IMG/VR virus record: IMGVR_UViG_3300030099_003489
Span: 1 to 61,494 of that record
Source: a virus
Taxonomy: Duplodnaviria > Caudoviricetes
Direction: 5' to 3' (one strand)
Length of the DNA: 61,494 bases
The position numbers were made by a program, and so were the translations under genes. Each line of letters begins with the position of its first letter. Position 1 is the first letter of the stretch. The notes beneath the pieces are model-generated. The model was given only the letters and a program-made list of their open reading frames with translations. It ran no database searches and was not told where the DNA came from. This document shows, piece by piece, positions 51,642-59,234 of the stretch.

Positions 51642-51736
51642 TTTTCATCACTCCAATTCCGATAACAGTAGGGGCAACCTGTTGGCGCACCTACGTTATT
51701 ATTATCTAAACTTATTCCAGCACCACAACAACTCAT
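51638..51736 (-). CDS. Cys-rich micro-peptide, 32 aa (not in ORF track)
   Basis: MSCCGAGISLDNNNVGAPTGCPYCYRNWSDEK; ATGA overlaps at both ends fill the gap exactly. Confidence 0.55.
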   Translation of the reverse strand: MSCCGAGISLDNNNVGAPTGCPYCYRNWSDEK

Positions 51737-52905
51737 CTTACCAACACCGTTCTCCAATCCATCTTAGTAGTTGTATCTGGTGCTTCCTCAACCATTCCTT
51801 GTGTCTGTGCCGTAACCTCTTGCTCTTCGTTCCTCTGGAAACCTGCCATATTAGCAATCTGATTGATTTGGTTCTTGGGTATTGCTAGGTACACGGACCT
51901 TACACCTACTGGATAATCTGCATTGACTGATTCCATTATTCTCAACATCAATTGGCTATCTCCCTCATCCTGTAGGTCTACTTTGTTCTTCAAGAAGAAA
52001 TTCCTAGCCTTAGTCGCTGAGAAGTTACCTGCCGAAGTTCGATAACTACTATCCTGTACTGCTCTTGTGAACCAATCTCTAACAGGTTCTAACTCATTGA
52101 ATATTGCCTGTGCCGCACCTAGACCCTCAATGGCTATTGGTGTAGATTCAAGAACATCCATGACTCCTTCAACTTCAAGTGCATCAGTAACGATAGTCAA
52201 TAGAGAATCTCCAACACCCTCAAACAACTTGTCTCCATCACCATACAATGCTTGCCACATAGGGGGTTCTGCCGTATCTGGTTGGTCGCTGTACCAATCA
52301 GAATTCACAGCATCCATCTCAGCCTCTTTTCTCTTTATCTCTCTCCTATAGTCAACATAGGTCTGAGTTCTGTAATGCCCATAGATTACACCCTTTCTGG
52401 TTCTGTGTCTGGGATTCCCGTCTTTGTCAACTAGAACCTCGCCATCTTTTTCCATAGGACTTGGATTCCAACCTTTGATGTCACTTTGCCAACTCATGTT
52501 TCTGGGGTTCATCTTACTACCATCTGCACCCTCATTATCCATCACGTTCTTTACTGACTGTAAGAGTTCCTTAGTCTGTGGTCCCATGTCTCCCCCGAAA
52601 ATGGTTTCACAAGCAGGTAGCAGATACGAGCCGCCCTGCCCCGACTTCTTCTGCTCTGCTTCTCTTGCTTCTCCCCCCTTACCATATACGATTCTCTTAC
52701 TGTTGCCATGTTTCAGAAGACTGTCCCAAAGACTAGTTTCCTCTCTCATTACACCTATGTCCTCACCAGACAATTCCTCACAACGGTCCTTCCAATTGTC
52801 ATACCTCTCCTTGACATTACTGTAGTCAAAGTTAACTTCAACATTGTATGGACCAACACGATAGGTATTGTCTTTCTTAACCATGATTAATTCCCAAGCC
52901 CCCAC
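51733..52905 (-). CDS. Hypothetical protein (390 aa; C-terminal MDWRTVLVR)
   Basis: Long ORF in operon. Confidence 0.7.
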   Translation of the reverse strand: MGAWELIMVKKDNTYRVGPYNVEVNFDYSNVKERYDNWKDRCEELSGEDIGVMREETSLWDSLLKHGNSKRIVYGKGGEAREAEQKKSGQGGSYLLPACETIFGGDMGPQTKELLQSVKNVMDNEGADGSKMNPRNMSWQSDIKGWNPSPMEKDGEVLVDKDGNPRHRTRKGVIYGHYRTQTYVDYRREIKRKEAEMDAVNSDWYSDQPDTAEPPMWQALYGDGDKLFEGVGDSLLTIVTDALEVEGVMDVLESTPIAIEGLGAAQAIFNELEPVRDWFTRAVQDSSYRTSAGNFSATKARNFFLKNKVDLQDEGDSQLMLRIMESVNADYPVGVRSVYLAIPKNQINQIANMAGFQRNEEQEVTAQTQGMVEEAPDTTTKMDWRTVLVR

Positions 52906-53624
52906 TCTATCTCAATTTCATGTGTCCAATCCTTTGGTTCTGTAGAATTATGGCAGTCAATTATGAATTCATCCACTTCATTGACATTAATCCTATAATT
53001 ACCTGAGTTTACGCTATTTTTTATTTTCAGCGCATCAGGTTTTGTGGCTTCTGTAGTGTCAACTCTCAATCTTATGTCCAAAGGAGAATAATCCCTGTCT
53101 GTCATTCTGTAAGACTTTGGGCCACCTTGCTCATAGCCTTGACCCGGATTATATTTTTCACCAAAATTATTATGCTCATAATCTATGTTAAAATCATAAG
53201 TCATACTTGTGATAGTCGTATAGACATCAATTGGGGCCGTCTGACCTTTTCCACTAGTATCTATTGTAACATTGCCTTTCAGAACAAGATTAGTGATAGT
53301 CGTATCGTCTTCTACGGAGTCAAATCTGCTAGGTTTATCTTCACCGGGTTCCTCTCTATACCTTCTACTCCATACTTCTGGAATATTTTTCATCTCAACA
53401 CTAAAGCGCGGTTTATCCATGTCAAATTCTACTGGTTTACCCTTCTTGTCTTCTAAGTCATCAAAGATGTCTCTCTTCTTCACCTTATGCTCAAACAAGT
53501 AGTCTGATGCATCATCAACGGAACTCCACTCATGCTCAGACAAATCATAATTATCAGCAACTTCCTCAAGGTCATCTATAGCCTCATCTACAGGCTCTTT
53601 CTTGAACAAATCAAACCATTTCAT
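52887..53624 (-). CDS. W-tag protein (MKWFDLFKK)
   Basis: 245-aa acidic ORF. Confidence 0.7.
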   Translation of the reverse strand: MKWFDLFKKEPVDEAIDDLEEVADNYDLSEHEWSSVDDASDYLFEHKVKKRDIFDDLEDKKGKPVEFDMDKPRFSVEMKNIPEVWSRRYREEPGEDKPSRFDSVEDDTTITNLVLKGNVTIDTSGKGQTAPIDVYTTITSMTYDFNIDYEHNNFGEKYNPGQGYEQGGPKSYRMTDRDYSPLDIRLRVDTTEATKPDALKIKNSVNSGNYRINVNEVDEFIIDCHNSTEPKDWTHEIEIEWGLGN

Positions 53625-54130
53625 CGTCTTGTCACTCTCGCTCCACTAACACTATCACCATCATCTAAATCTGGACTGGTTAATATTCTTTCTACATAAT
53701 CCATATTTAGAGGACTTGGAAAAGTCAATTCTCCTTCTCTTCCTCTAAAGTAAGGGTTATTTGGAAATTCACTCTTTCTCTGGTCATACAGTTCCATAAT
53801 ATTTCTTTGCATCGCTTTCCAATCAAAGCCCATCAACCATTCTCTGACTCCCTTTGCAATTGCACTATTGGGGATTCTCTTGTCCGTCACTAAATTGGTT
53901 ATTTTTCTCGTATAATCATCTAAATTCTCTCTGTATTCCTTAACTGATGTGTAAATTGGACCCCATTCTTCAGGTACGGATGAAAATTCCTTAGTGCGTG
54001 AATCTCTTTTTGGTGTAAACACTAATTTCTCTCCAAAATTAACCATTGAGTTAAGATAATCGCCTATATCGTTTAACACATTGAATAATTCTAAGGATGA
54101 GTCTACTTTCACTATGTCAAACCATCCCAT
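53621..54130 (-). CDS. W-tag protein (MGWFDIVK), first gene of the late operon
   Basis: 169-aa ORF. Confidence 0.7.
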   Translation of the reverse strand: MGWFDIVKVDSSLELFNVLNDIGDYLNSMVNFGEKLVFTPKRDSRTKEFSSVPEEWGPIYTSVKEYRENLDDYTRKITNLVTDKRIPNSAIAKGVREWLMGFDWKAMQRNIMELYDQRKSEFPNNPYFRGREGELTFPSPLNMDYVERILTSPDLDDGDSVSGARVTRR

Positions 54131-54214
54131 GACCCATCCAAACGAGTCTAACTAAAAGTCCTTGCGAAAAAACCGGACTCAAAAACGAAAAGAAACCGTC
54201 CAACGGTTTGTAAC

Positions 54215-54238
54215 AATTAATTTATACCTTCTTTTTCA
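54215..54238 (-). promoter_or_regulatory. Candidate archaeal BRE/TATA promoter for the late operon
   Basis: Minus strand reads GAAAAAGAAGG-TATAAATT about 90 bp upstream of the first late gene. Confidence 0.35.
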
Positions 54239-54311
54239 AAAAATGGGCTGGAATTTTTTTACCACTAGCGAAATTCTTTTTTTTGGTTTTTTTCCATTCC
54301 CAGAATAAAAT

Positions 54312-54465
54312 CCACAGGGGGTATACTAGGGGGTATCTCCACAGGGGGGTACTCTAGACACCTCTACAGGGGGTATTCCTAGCGCACCCGGCGGAAAATA
54401 GTGCTTTTTGTAGTCCCACAGGGGCAAAGTGGGGGTTATTATCCCCCTACAGGATACTCAGGGGA
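54312..54465 (+). repeat. Cluster of (CAC/TAC)AGGGGGTA-like G-tract repeats
   Basis: G4-6 runs at 54317, 54329, 54344, 54369, 54421, 54431 and 54461 in non-coding DNA. Confidence 0.75.
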
Positions 54466-54528
54466 AACAACACCTGTAGATACCCACAAGTTAATTTTCT
54501 GTGTAAAACAAATTTTTTGTCCTAACGG

Positions 54529-54538
54529 ACCATATGGT
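54529..54538. repeat. ACCATATGGT palindrome, copy 1
   Basis: Perfect 10-bp palindrome; right arm tgtga-g-ACTTTGT-g-tcaca. Confidence 0.9.
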
Positions 54539-54630
54539 GTGAGACTTTGTGTCACAGTGAGAGGAACTGGTTCATGGGGTGGGAGGAGTCTTGGGTCATC
54601 GGAGATGAGGTGTAAGACCCTCAAATCCGC

Positions 54631-54906
54631 TCAACGATAGTTATCATCTACATACTTCTCGATAACTTCGTATGCTCCCTCTGACATTCTCCTGATTTTC
54701 CTCATTGCCTCCTGTCTAGCAGGAGAATTCGGAGTCAACCAACCATTCTTCCTCAACCATTCTCCTAAAGGAATGGCATCCGACATATTGTACTCTGCGG
54801 CTACTCTATCGGCTTTCTGTTTGTAGTGGAAATATTCCTCTTCGGTATACTCATGTTCCTCTACATACTGTTCTTTCTTTCTTACTATCCATACACTTCT
54901 TGCCAT
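54631..54906 (-). CDS. Small hypothetical protein (start MARSVW)
   Basis: TATA-like TTTACATTTAGG about 25 bp upstream. Confidence 0.6.
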   Translation of the reverse strand: MARSVWIVRKKEQYVEEHEYTEEEYFHYKQKADRVAAEYNMSDAIPLGEWLRKNGWLTPNSPARQEAMRKIRRMSEGAYEVIEKYVDDNYR

Positions 54907-54982
54907 AGTATCCGTGGAGCAAACCACCTAAATGTAAAGGATAGTGGGGTCGGGGCTATCGCCCCTTCGTCACTTCGTTCCG

Positions 54983-54992
54983 ACCATATGGT
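54983..54992. repeat. ACCATATGGT palindrome, copy 2
   Basis: Hairpin arms on both sides; divergent TATA-like boxes. Confidence 0.9.
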
Positions 54993-55043
54993 TGCAGACG
55001 CTAGTACTACAACCCTATATGATTAGGTAACTGAGGTACAGGC

Positions 55044-55358
55044 ATGAGTGAAGAAATAGAATGGGAGACTGTAAAGGGCGTAGACTTGAAGGATGCTGAT
55101 GGGGGTCCATTGAGAACTAGGATAGTGTACACCCATAGTGAGGACTCCTTAGAAGAATTAGTTGGGTTCTTTGGAATAAGAGCGCAAGAGGCATTGTGGA
55201 AGTATAGAGACACGACCCTACCTGATATGGAGAGCGTGAAGATGGGACATAACAGCAAGGAAGAGGTAGAGGTAATTCAGATGGCAATGAACATCACATG
55301 GCAGATGGAGAGATTCCTAAGATTACCTAAGTATCCTAATGAGAGGTGGGAACCATGA
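55044..55358 (+). CDS. Small hypothetical protein
   Basis: 104 aa with GAGGT RBS. Confidence 0.65.
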   Translation: MSEEIEWETVKGVDLKDADGGPLRTRIVYTHSEDSLEELVGFFGIRAQEALWKYRDTTLPDMESVKMGHNSKEEVEVIQMAMNITWQMERFLRLPKYPNERWEP

Positions 55359-55528
55359 CAACATACAAGATAATACGATTCAGGTTTGAAGGGAATGACA
55401 GAGTTATCAAGAGAGGACTTACTCTTGAAGAGGCTCAAGAGCATTGCAAAGACCCGGAGACATCCGGTAGTACTTGCTCAGACTTGAAGAAGCGTGGTCA
55501 GTGGTTTGATGGCTACGCGGAAGAGTGA
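55355..55528 (+). CDS. Small viral protein (GLTLEEAQEHC.DPETS...WFDGY)
   Basis: ATGA overlap; followed by a GC-rich hairpin at 55537-55569. Confidence 0.65.
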   Translation: MTTYKIIRFRFEGNDRVIKRGLTLEEAQEHCKDPETSGSTCSDLKKRGQWFDGYAEE

Positions 55529-55597
55529 ACTCAAAGGACGGGAGGGCATGCCATAGGCTCTCTCGTCCCACATGGGGTACTTTTACTAGAGTCTAGT

Positions 55598-55607
55598 ACC
55601 ATATGGT
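55598..55607. repeat. ACCATATGGT palindrome, copy 3
   Basis: Hairpin arms 55576-55600 and 55605-55634. Confidence 0.9.
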
Positions 55608-55853
55608 TCCAGCACTTTGTAGCGATAAAGAACCTTGATATTTGGTTTGGAGATACCATGCTATGAGTTTATGCTATTTTCTGTTTTATTTAGGGGGTAG
55701 TGGCAAAATACCCATAATGTTGTAGTTTGTATTTTCATTATCTCCTATTTAGCATGGTATCTCCCTTCACTTGATTGACGGTCAAGTGGTCTGTGAGTCT
55801 GAATGTGCCCGAAAGGGTCGGAATGGAGTCATTCAGTCAGAGAAGTTCCAGTA

Positions 55854-56513
55854 TCAGTTGGAACCTCCCCTTGTTGGTGCAGGTGTGTAGGTGGTTGCCA
55901 TCACCATTACACCGTCTATTTCGGTCAGCGTTATGTCGGACCCGTTGTTCTTTGGGTCTGCGGTTACTAGGTATCCGTGTGTTGCCTTGCCACTAGCAAG
56001 TTCGGTCCAAGTTCTCTTGACTCTCCCCACGTATGAGTCAGTTTCTTTCTTAGCAAGGACTGCGATAGCCGCGTCTTCGTCCTCGTAAGTGGATAGTTGT
56101 ACTCCCTTCTTGTCGTGATTATGGGTGAGTAGGTATCGGTTGTTTGATATGAACTCTACCCAGTTATCGTATCTGCTCTGTATAGAGCGAACCGACTGGT
56201 TTACTGCGTTTGGTAGGTTGGAAACCTTACCCATTACTCTACTGCATAGTCCACCAAGAACAGATTGCGTCTTGGGAATTACAGATAGGGTGTTCTCCAA
56301 CTGGTCTACAGCAAAAGTTAGATTCATTCTCTGCGAATCGTCTGCTTTCTTGAGGTCTGCATCTACTGCCTCCCAGTATTCTTCCAACCTGTTGAGTTGT
56401 TCCTTTGCTGAACGGTGGTAAGGGTCATCTTCGTTGTACTCTCCCTTAGCCAACCATTCGTTCGTCTGGTTAATCCTGTCTTCTATTTTCGTTAATTTAC
56501 TTTCATCAATCAT
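55854..56513 (-). CDS. Hypothetical protein (start reassigned to MIDESK)
   Basis: GGAG RBS; TATA-like CTTTATATTTGGG upstream at ~56577-56590. Confidence 0.65.
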   Translation of the reverse strand: MIDESKLTKIEDRINQTNEWLAKGEYNEDDPYHRSAKEQLNRLEEYWEAVDADLKKADDSQRMNLTFAVDQLENTLSVIPKTQSVLGGLCSRVMGKVSNLPNAVNQSVRSIQSRYDNWVEFISNNRYLLTHNHDKKGVQLSTYEDEDAAIAVLAKKETDSYVGRVKRTWTELASGKATHGYLVTADPKNNGSDITLTEIDGVMVMATTYTPAPTRGGSN

Positions 56514-56640
56514 GTTATCGTTCTCCGTTGTTTGTGCCTCCAGTCCGACCCTATCGAACACCTGTAGAGCCAACAACCCAAATATAAAGCGAGGTCTGTT
56601 ATATGGCTTACAAAGTAGCCAAGAGTATGCTTCGCATACG

Positions 56641-56650
56641 ACCATATGGT
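56641..56650. repeat. ACCATATGGT palindrome, copy 4
   Basis: Right arm GGTTGTA-aa-ACGCTGTA-cg-TACAACC. Confidence 0.9.
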
Positions 56651-56804
56651 TGTAAAACGCTGTACGTACAACCCCCCGGAGGGCGGAGAGGTGGTCGTGG
56701 CATACCTTCACCTCTCCGTTTCACCTTGTCGAAGGCTACTTCCTCCTTTGCTTCACTCTAGGTTTTCTTTGTCCTCCGGTTGTGGACTACCTAGACCGTG
56801 CGAC

Positions 56805-57017
56805 TCAGATACTGGCTAGATACTTGAGATAAGCACCGTGCCACCTGTTGTGTTTGAATGCTTCGTTGGTGTTCGCTAATTCCCAACCAATCAAACCTAT
56901 CTCCACTGGTGTCAATTGTCTTCCTGTAATTTCTGTGAGTTTCACAGTGAGAACCCAGTTCAGATATTCAAACTGACATCTTGTTAACCTCGGATGGTCT
57001 TGCGGGTACTCGGTCAT
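56805..57017 (-). CDS. Small hypothetical protein (start MTEYPQ)
   Basis: GGAGGT RBS. Confidence 0.55.
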   Translation of the reverse strand: MTEYPQDHPRLTRCQFEYLNWVLTVKLTEITGRQLTPVEIGLIGWELANTNEAFKHNRWHGAYLKYLASI

Positions 57018-57018
57018 T

Positions 57019-57324
57019 CTACTGTACCTCCCTAAGATGGACATTGATTGAACAACCCTTCTCCCCGTCATTGTTGATAATAAGATAAAGCCGCATCAAG
57101 TCCCATACTTTCTTCTGACCTATCAGTTGATTCATTTGGACAAACTGAGTTTCTTTCGTCATGTTTACGTCCGTCCCATAGTTAACAAAAATGGCATCGA
57201 GTTTTTTCTGTGTCTTTTCAATATCCTCTTGTACAATCACCATCAAATCGTCATGTGCATCACGGTATCCCTCTTTGTACCCCTTTTCTTGGTAGTATTC
57301 ATATTCTTCTTTACTGACCATCAT
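57019..57324 (-). CDS. Small hypothetical protein
   Basis: 101 aa with GGAGG RBS. Confidence 0.6.
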   Translation of the reverse strand: MMVSKEEYEYYQEKGYKEGYRDAHDDLMVIVQEDIEKTQKKLDAIFVNYGTDVNMTKETQFVQMNQLIGQKKVWDLMRLYLIINNDGEKGCSINVHLREVQ

Positions 57325-57539
57325 TCTTCCTCCTTGAATCCTGCGGGTATCGTGGTTATGTCATCAAGATGAAAGAGAATACTTTCAGGGTGTCGAGAAC
57401 TTATGCTATTCTTTAACAACCACATTAGAATATTTATCTGTCCCATGCAATAAGTCATGTGAGATATTCTCTCTTCATCACGGTATTCGTCTGCTTTCGC
57501 TTCTATTTCTTCTATCTTATCTAGTAATTTTATCATCAC
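57321..57539 (-). CDS. Small hypothetical protein
   Basis: 72 aa with GGAGG RBS. Confidence 0.6.
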   Translation of the reverse strand: MMIKLLDKIEEIEAKADEYRDEERISHMTYCMGQINILMWLLKNSISSRHPESILFHLDDITTIPAGFKEEE

Positions 57540-57548
57540 TTTTCCTCC

Positions 57549-57695
57549 TTAATTCCCATTGTTTTCCTTAATGCGCTCAACTAGTGAGACAGCAAAGCAT
57601 CTTCTGCAAATGTGGTTATCATGTGGGAACGTAACTGAGAACTCTCCCTTGAGCCAGCATGCATCACATATTCGTGGTTCTGGGTCTTCTTTCAT
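57549..57695 (-). CDS. Zn-finger micro-protein, 48 aa (not in ORF track)
   Basis: MKEDPEPRICDACW...HICRRCF; TATA-like box about 25 bp upstream. Confidence 0.6.
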   Translation of the reverse strand: MKEDPEPRICDACWLKGEFSVTFPHDNHICRRCFAVSLVERIKENNGN

Positions 57696-57751
57696 GTCAA
57701 CCCCTAACAAAACCCAAACTTAACCGGGTAGTCTATACGAAAGTTCTTGCT

Positions 57752-57761
57752 ACCATATGGT
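57752..57761. repeat. ACCATATGGT palindrome, copy 5
   Basis: Hairpin arms on both sides. Confidence 0.9.
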
Positions 57762-57802
57762 TCGGCACTTTGTAGCCAAAGGAACCCCAGAGGACAGGAT
57801 TT

Positions 57803-58009
57803 TCACCTGCGCCTCTGTAGTTTCTTGTATCTGATGTGCGCCTTGCGTATCTCCTTCTGAATTCTACCCACTGAATGTCTTTTCAGGGTGGGGGTCTTAT
57901 CATTAGGGTGGTTTTCGATGTGTTCTCGTATCTTCTGATTGAGATTGGCTCTTTCAGTCTCATCTCCTATGTGAATCCTGATGTTTTTTGCTGTTCCTCG
58001 ATTCGTCAT
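57803..58009 (-). CDS. Small basic protein
   Basis: 68 aa with GGTGA RBS. Confidence 0.6.
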   Translation of the reverse strand: MTNRGTAKNIRIHIGDETERANLNQKIREHIENHPNDKTPTLKRHSVGRIQKEIRKAHIRYKKLQRRR

Positions 58010-58213
58010 CTACTCATCACCTGCAATAATAGCGTCAAGTCTCTTGAGCATGGCTTCAACAATCTGTAAAGTCTCTACAGGGTCATCACTGTGTACTTTC
58101 ATACTCTTGATTATCAAAACATGGTCAGAACCGGACTTAGAATGTCCGATGTCAATAGATGTCTTGTACGGTCGTAGTTCTTGCGTGGCTTGGGGTGTTA
58201 TCTCCATGCCCAT
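58010..58213 (-). CDS. Small hypothetical protein (start reassigned to MGMEITPQ)
   Basis: TATA-like CTCATATTTGGG just upstream. Confidence 0.55.
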   Translation of the reverse strand: MGMEITPQATQELRPYKTSIDIGHSKSGSDHVLIIKSMKVHSDDPVETLQIVEAMLKRLDAIIAGDE

Positions 58214-58261
58214 ATCCCATACAACCCAAATATGAGGGTACATTACGCTCAAAGTGCTAGT

Positions 58262-58271
58262 ACCATATGGT
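58262..58271. repeat. ACCATATGGT palindrome, copy 6
   Basis: Right arm GGTTGTTGA-ACGCTCGTA-TTAACAACC. Confidence 0.9.
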
Positions 58272-58464
58272 TGTTGAACGCTCGTATTAACAACCCTCCG
58301 AGGGTCGAGGGTCTGGGGATTAACCCAGATAAAACACTCCGGTATCCAACCCGGAAAGAGAATTTTAAAAATTGGTACATTTTGTACCAAAAAAGATCAT
58401 TGGGTGAACTAAACCCTTTCTCTTTGCTGTGTCCCTCGTTAGTTTGTGTGGGGGGTCAACCTGT

Positions 58465-58926
58465 CTACGACTTGTCTTCCTCCCCGGCTACTCTCTTAGC
58501 GCGGTTTATGAGTATGTCAAGAACTTGCTCCCCCGTTAGTTCCCTCCCGGCTTCTTTCGTGCCGTCTTTCTTGGTCTTCGTGTTTGCCTTGAGGAATCTC
58601 TTCCCCTTCGCATCTGAGTCATTGTATGCGGAAACATCGAAGCAAGCGTTCAGTAGTTCAAGCAATCCTGAGAAGTCAGTATTGATTTTCTCAGAATTGA
58701 ATGCTGGAGGCTTGTAAGAGAACAGAGGAATATCCTTCTCGTCCTTTAGGAGTTGGTTGCACACGTTCAGAACGTGCTTGGTTATTCCTTCCTCTATCTT
58801 CAAGGTGAAGTATAGATACTCTTCCTTCCCCTTTACCCCGGCTACCTTGTGTGTGGCTAGGAAAGCACTGAAGGCCGCAATTAGCCCCAATGCTTTCTTA
58901 TCGTTTTTTGGTTCGTATTCTGTCAT
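58465..58926 (-). CDS. Hypothetical protein (start MTEYEPK)
   Basis: GGAG RBS; TATA-like CTTACATTTAGG upstream. Confidence 0.65.
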   Translation of the reverse strand: MTEYEPKNDKKALGLIAAFSAFLATHKVAGVKGKEEYLYFTLKIEEGITKHVLNVCNQLLKDEKDIPLFSYKPPAFNSEKINTDFSGLLELLNACFDVSAYNDSDAKGKRFLKANTKTKKDGTKEAGRELTGEQVLDILINRAKRVAGEEDKS

Positions 58927-59020
58927 TGTTATCGCTCCTGTCGCTGTGGTTTTACCCCCCACAACAAATATTACCCTAAGTGCCTAAATGTAAGGTCACT
59001 GTGTACTAGAGTTTTGAGTG

Positions 59021-59030
59021 ACCATATGGT
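59021..59030. repeat. ACCATATGGT palindrome, copy 7
   Basis: Left arm (minus strand) GGTCACT-caaa-ACTCTAGTA-cac-AGTGACC. Confidence 0.9.
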
Positions 59031-59234
59031 ACGATACTTCGGAGTATGAGAATTCTAATCGGGAAGGCCGTTTGAAATCGCCGGACTCCCTTTAAGTTTG
59101 GGCGGCGGGTTCTCAGGCTGTAGAAAAGTCACTTCAAACGTGTTTATTTTCTAGCCATAGTTTAAACATCAACACACAAAAGTCACAATTAGTTGTTTAC
59201 TCAAATGGCAACCTTTACTAATGAGCCTAGTCGT

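Noticed and set aside
163-53502. Numerous plus-strand ORFs in the track
   Set aside because: They are antisense shadows of the continuous, tightly coupled minus-strand operon, with no RBS or recognisable motifs.
54401-54640. ORFs 54401..54640 (+) and 54439..54624 (-), and likewise 59928..60146 and 60457..60639
   Set aside because: They run through repeat or palindrome DNA, or lack RBS and typical composition; probably non-coding.
54529-59030. CRISPR array interpretation of the repeated palindromes
   Set aside because: The conserved core is only 10 bp, the spacing is 450-1100 bp and irregular, the intervals contain genes, and no cas genes are visible.
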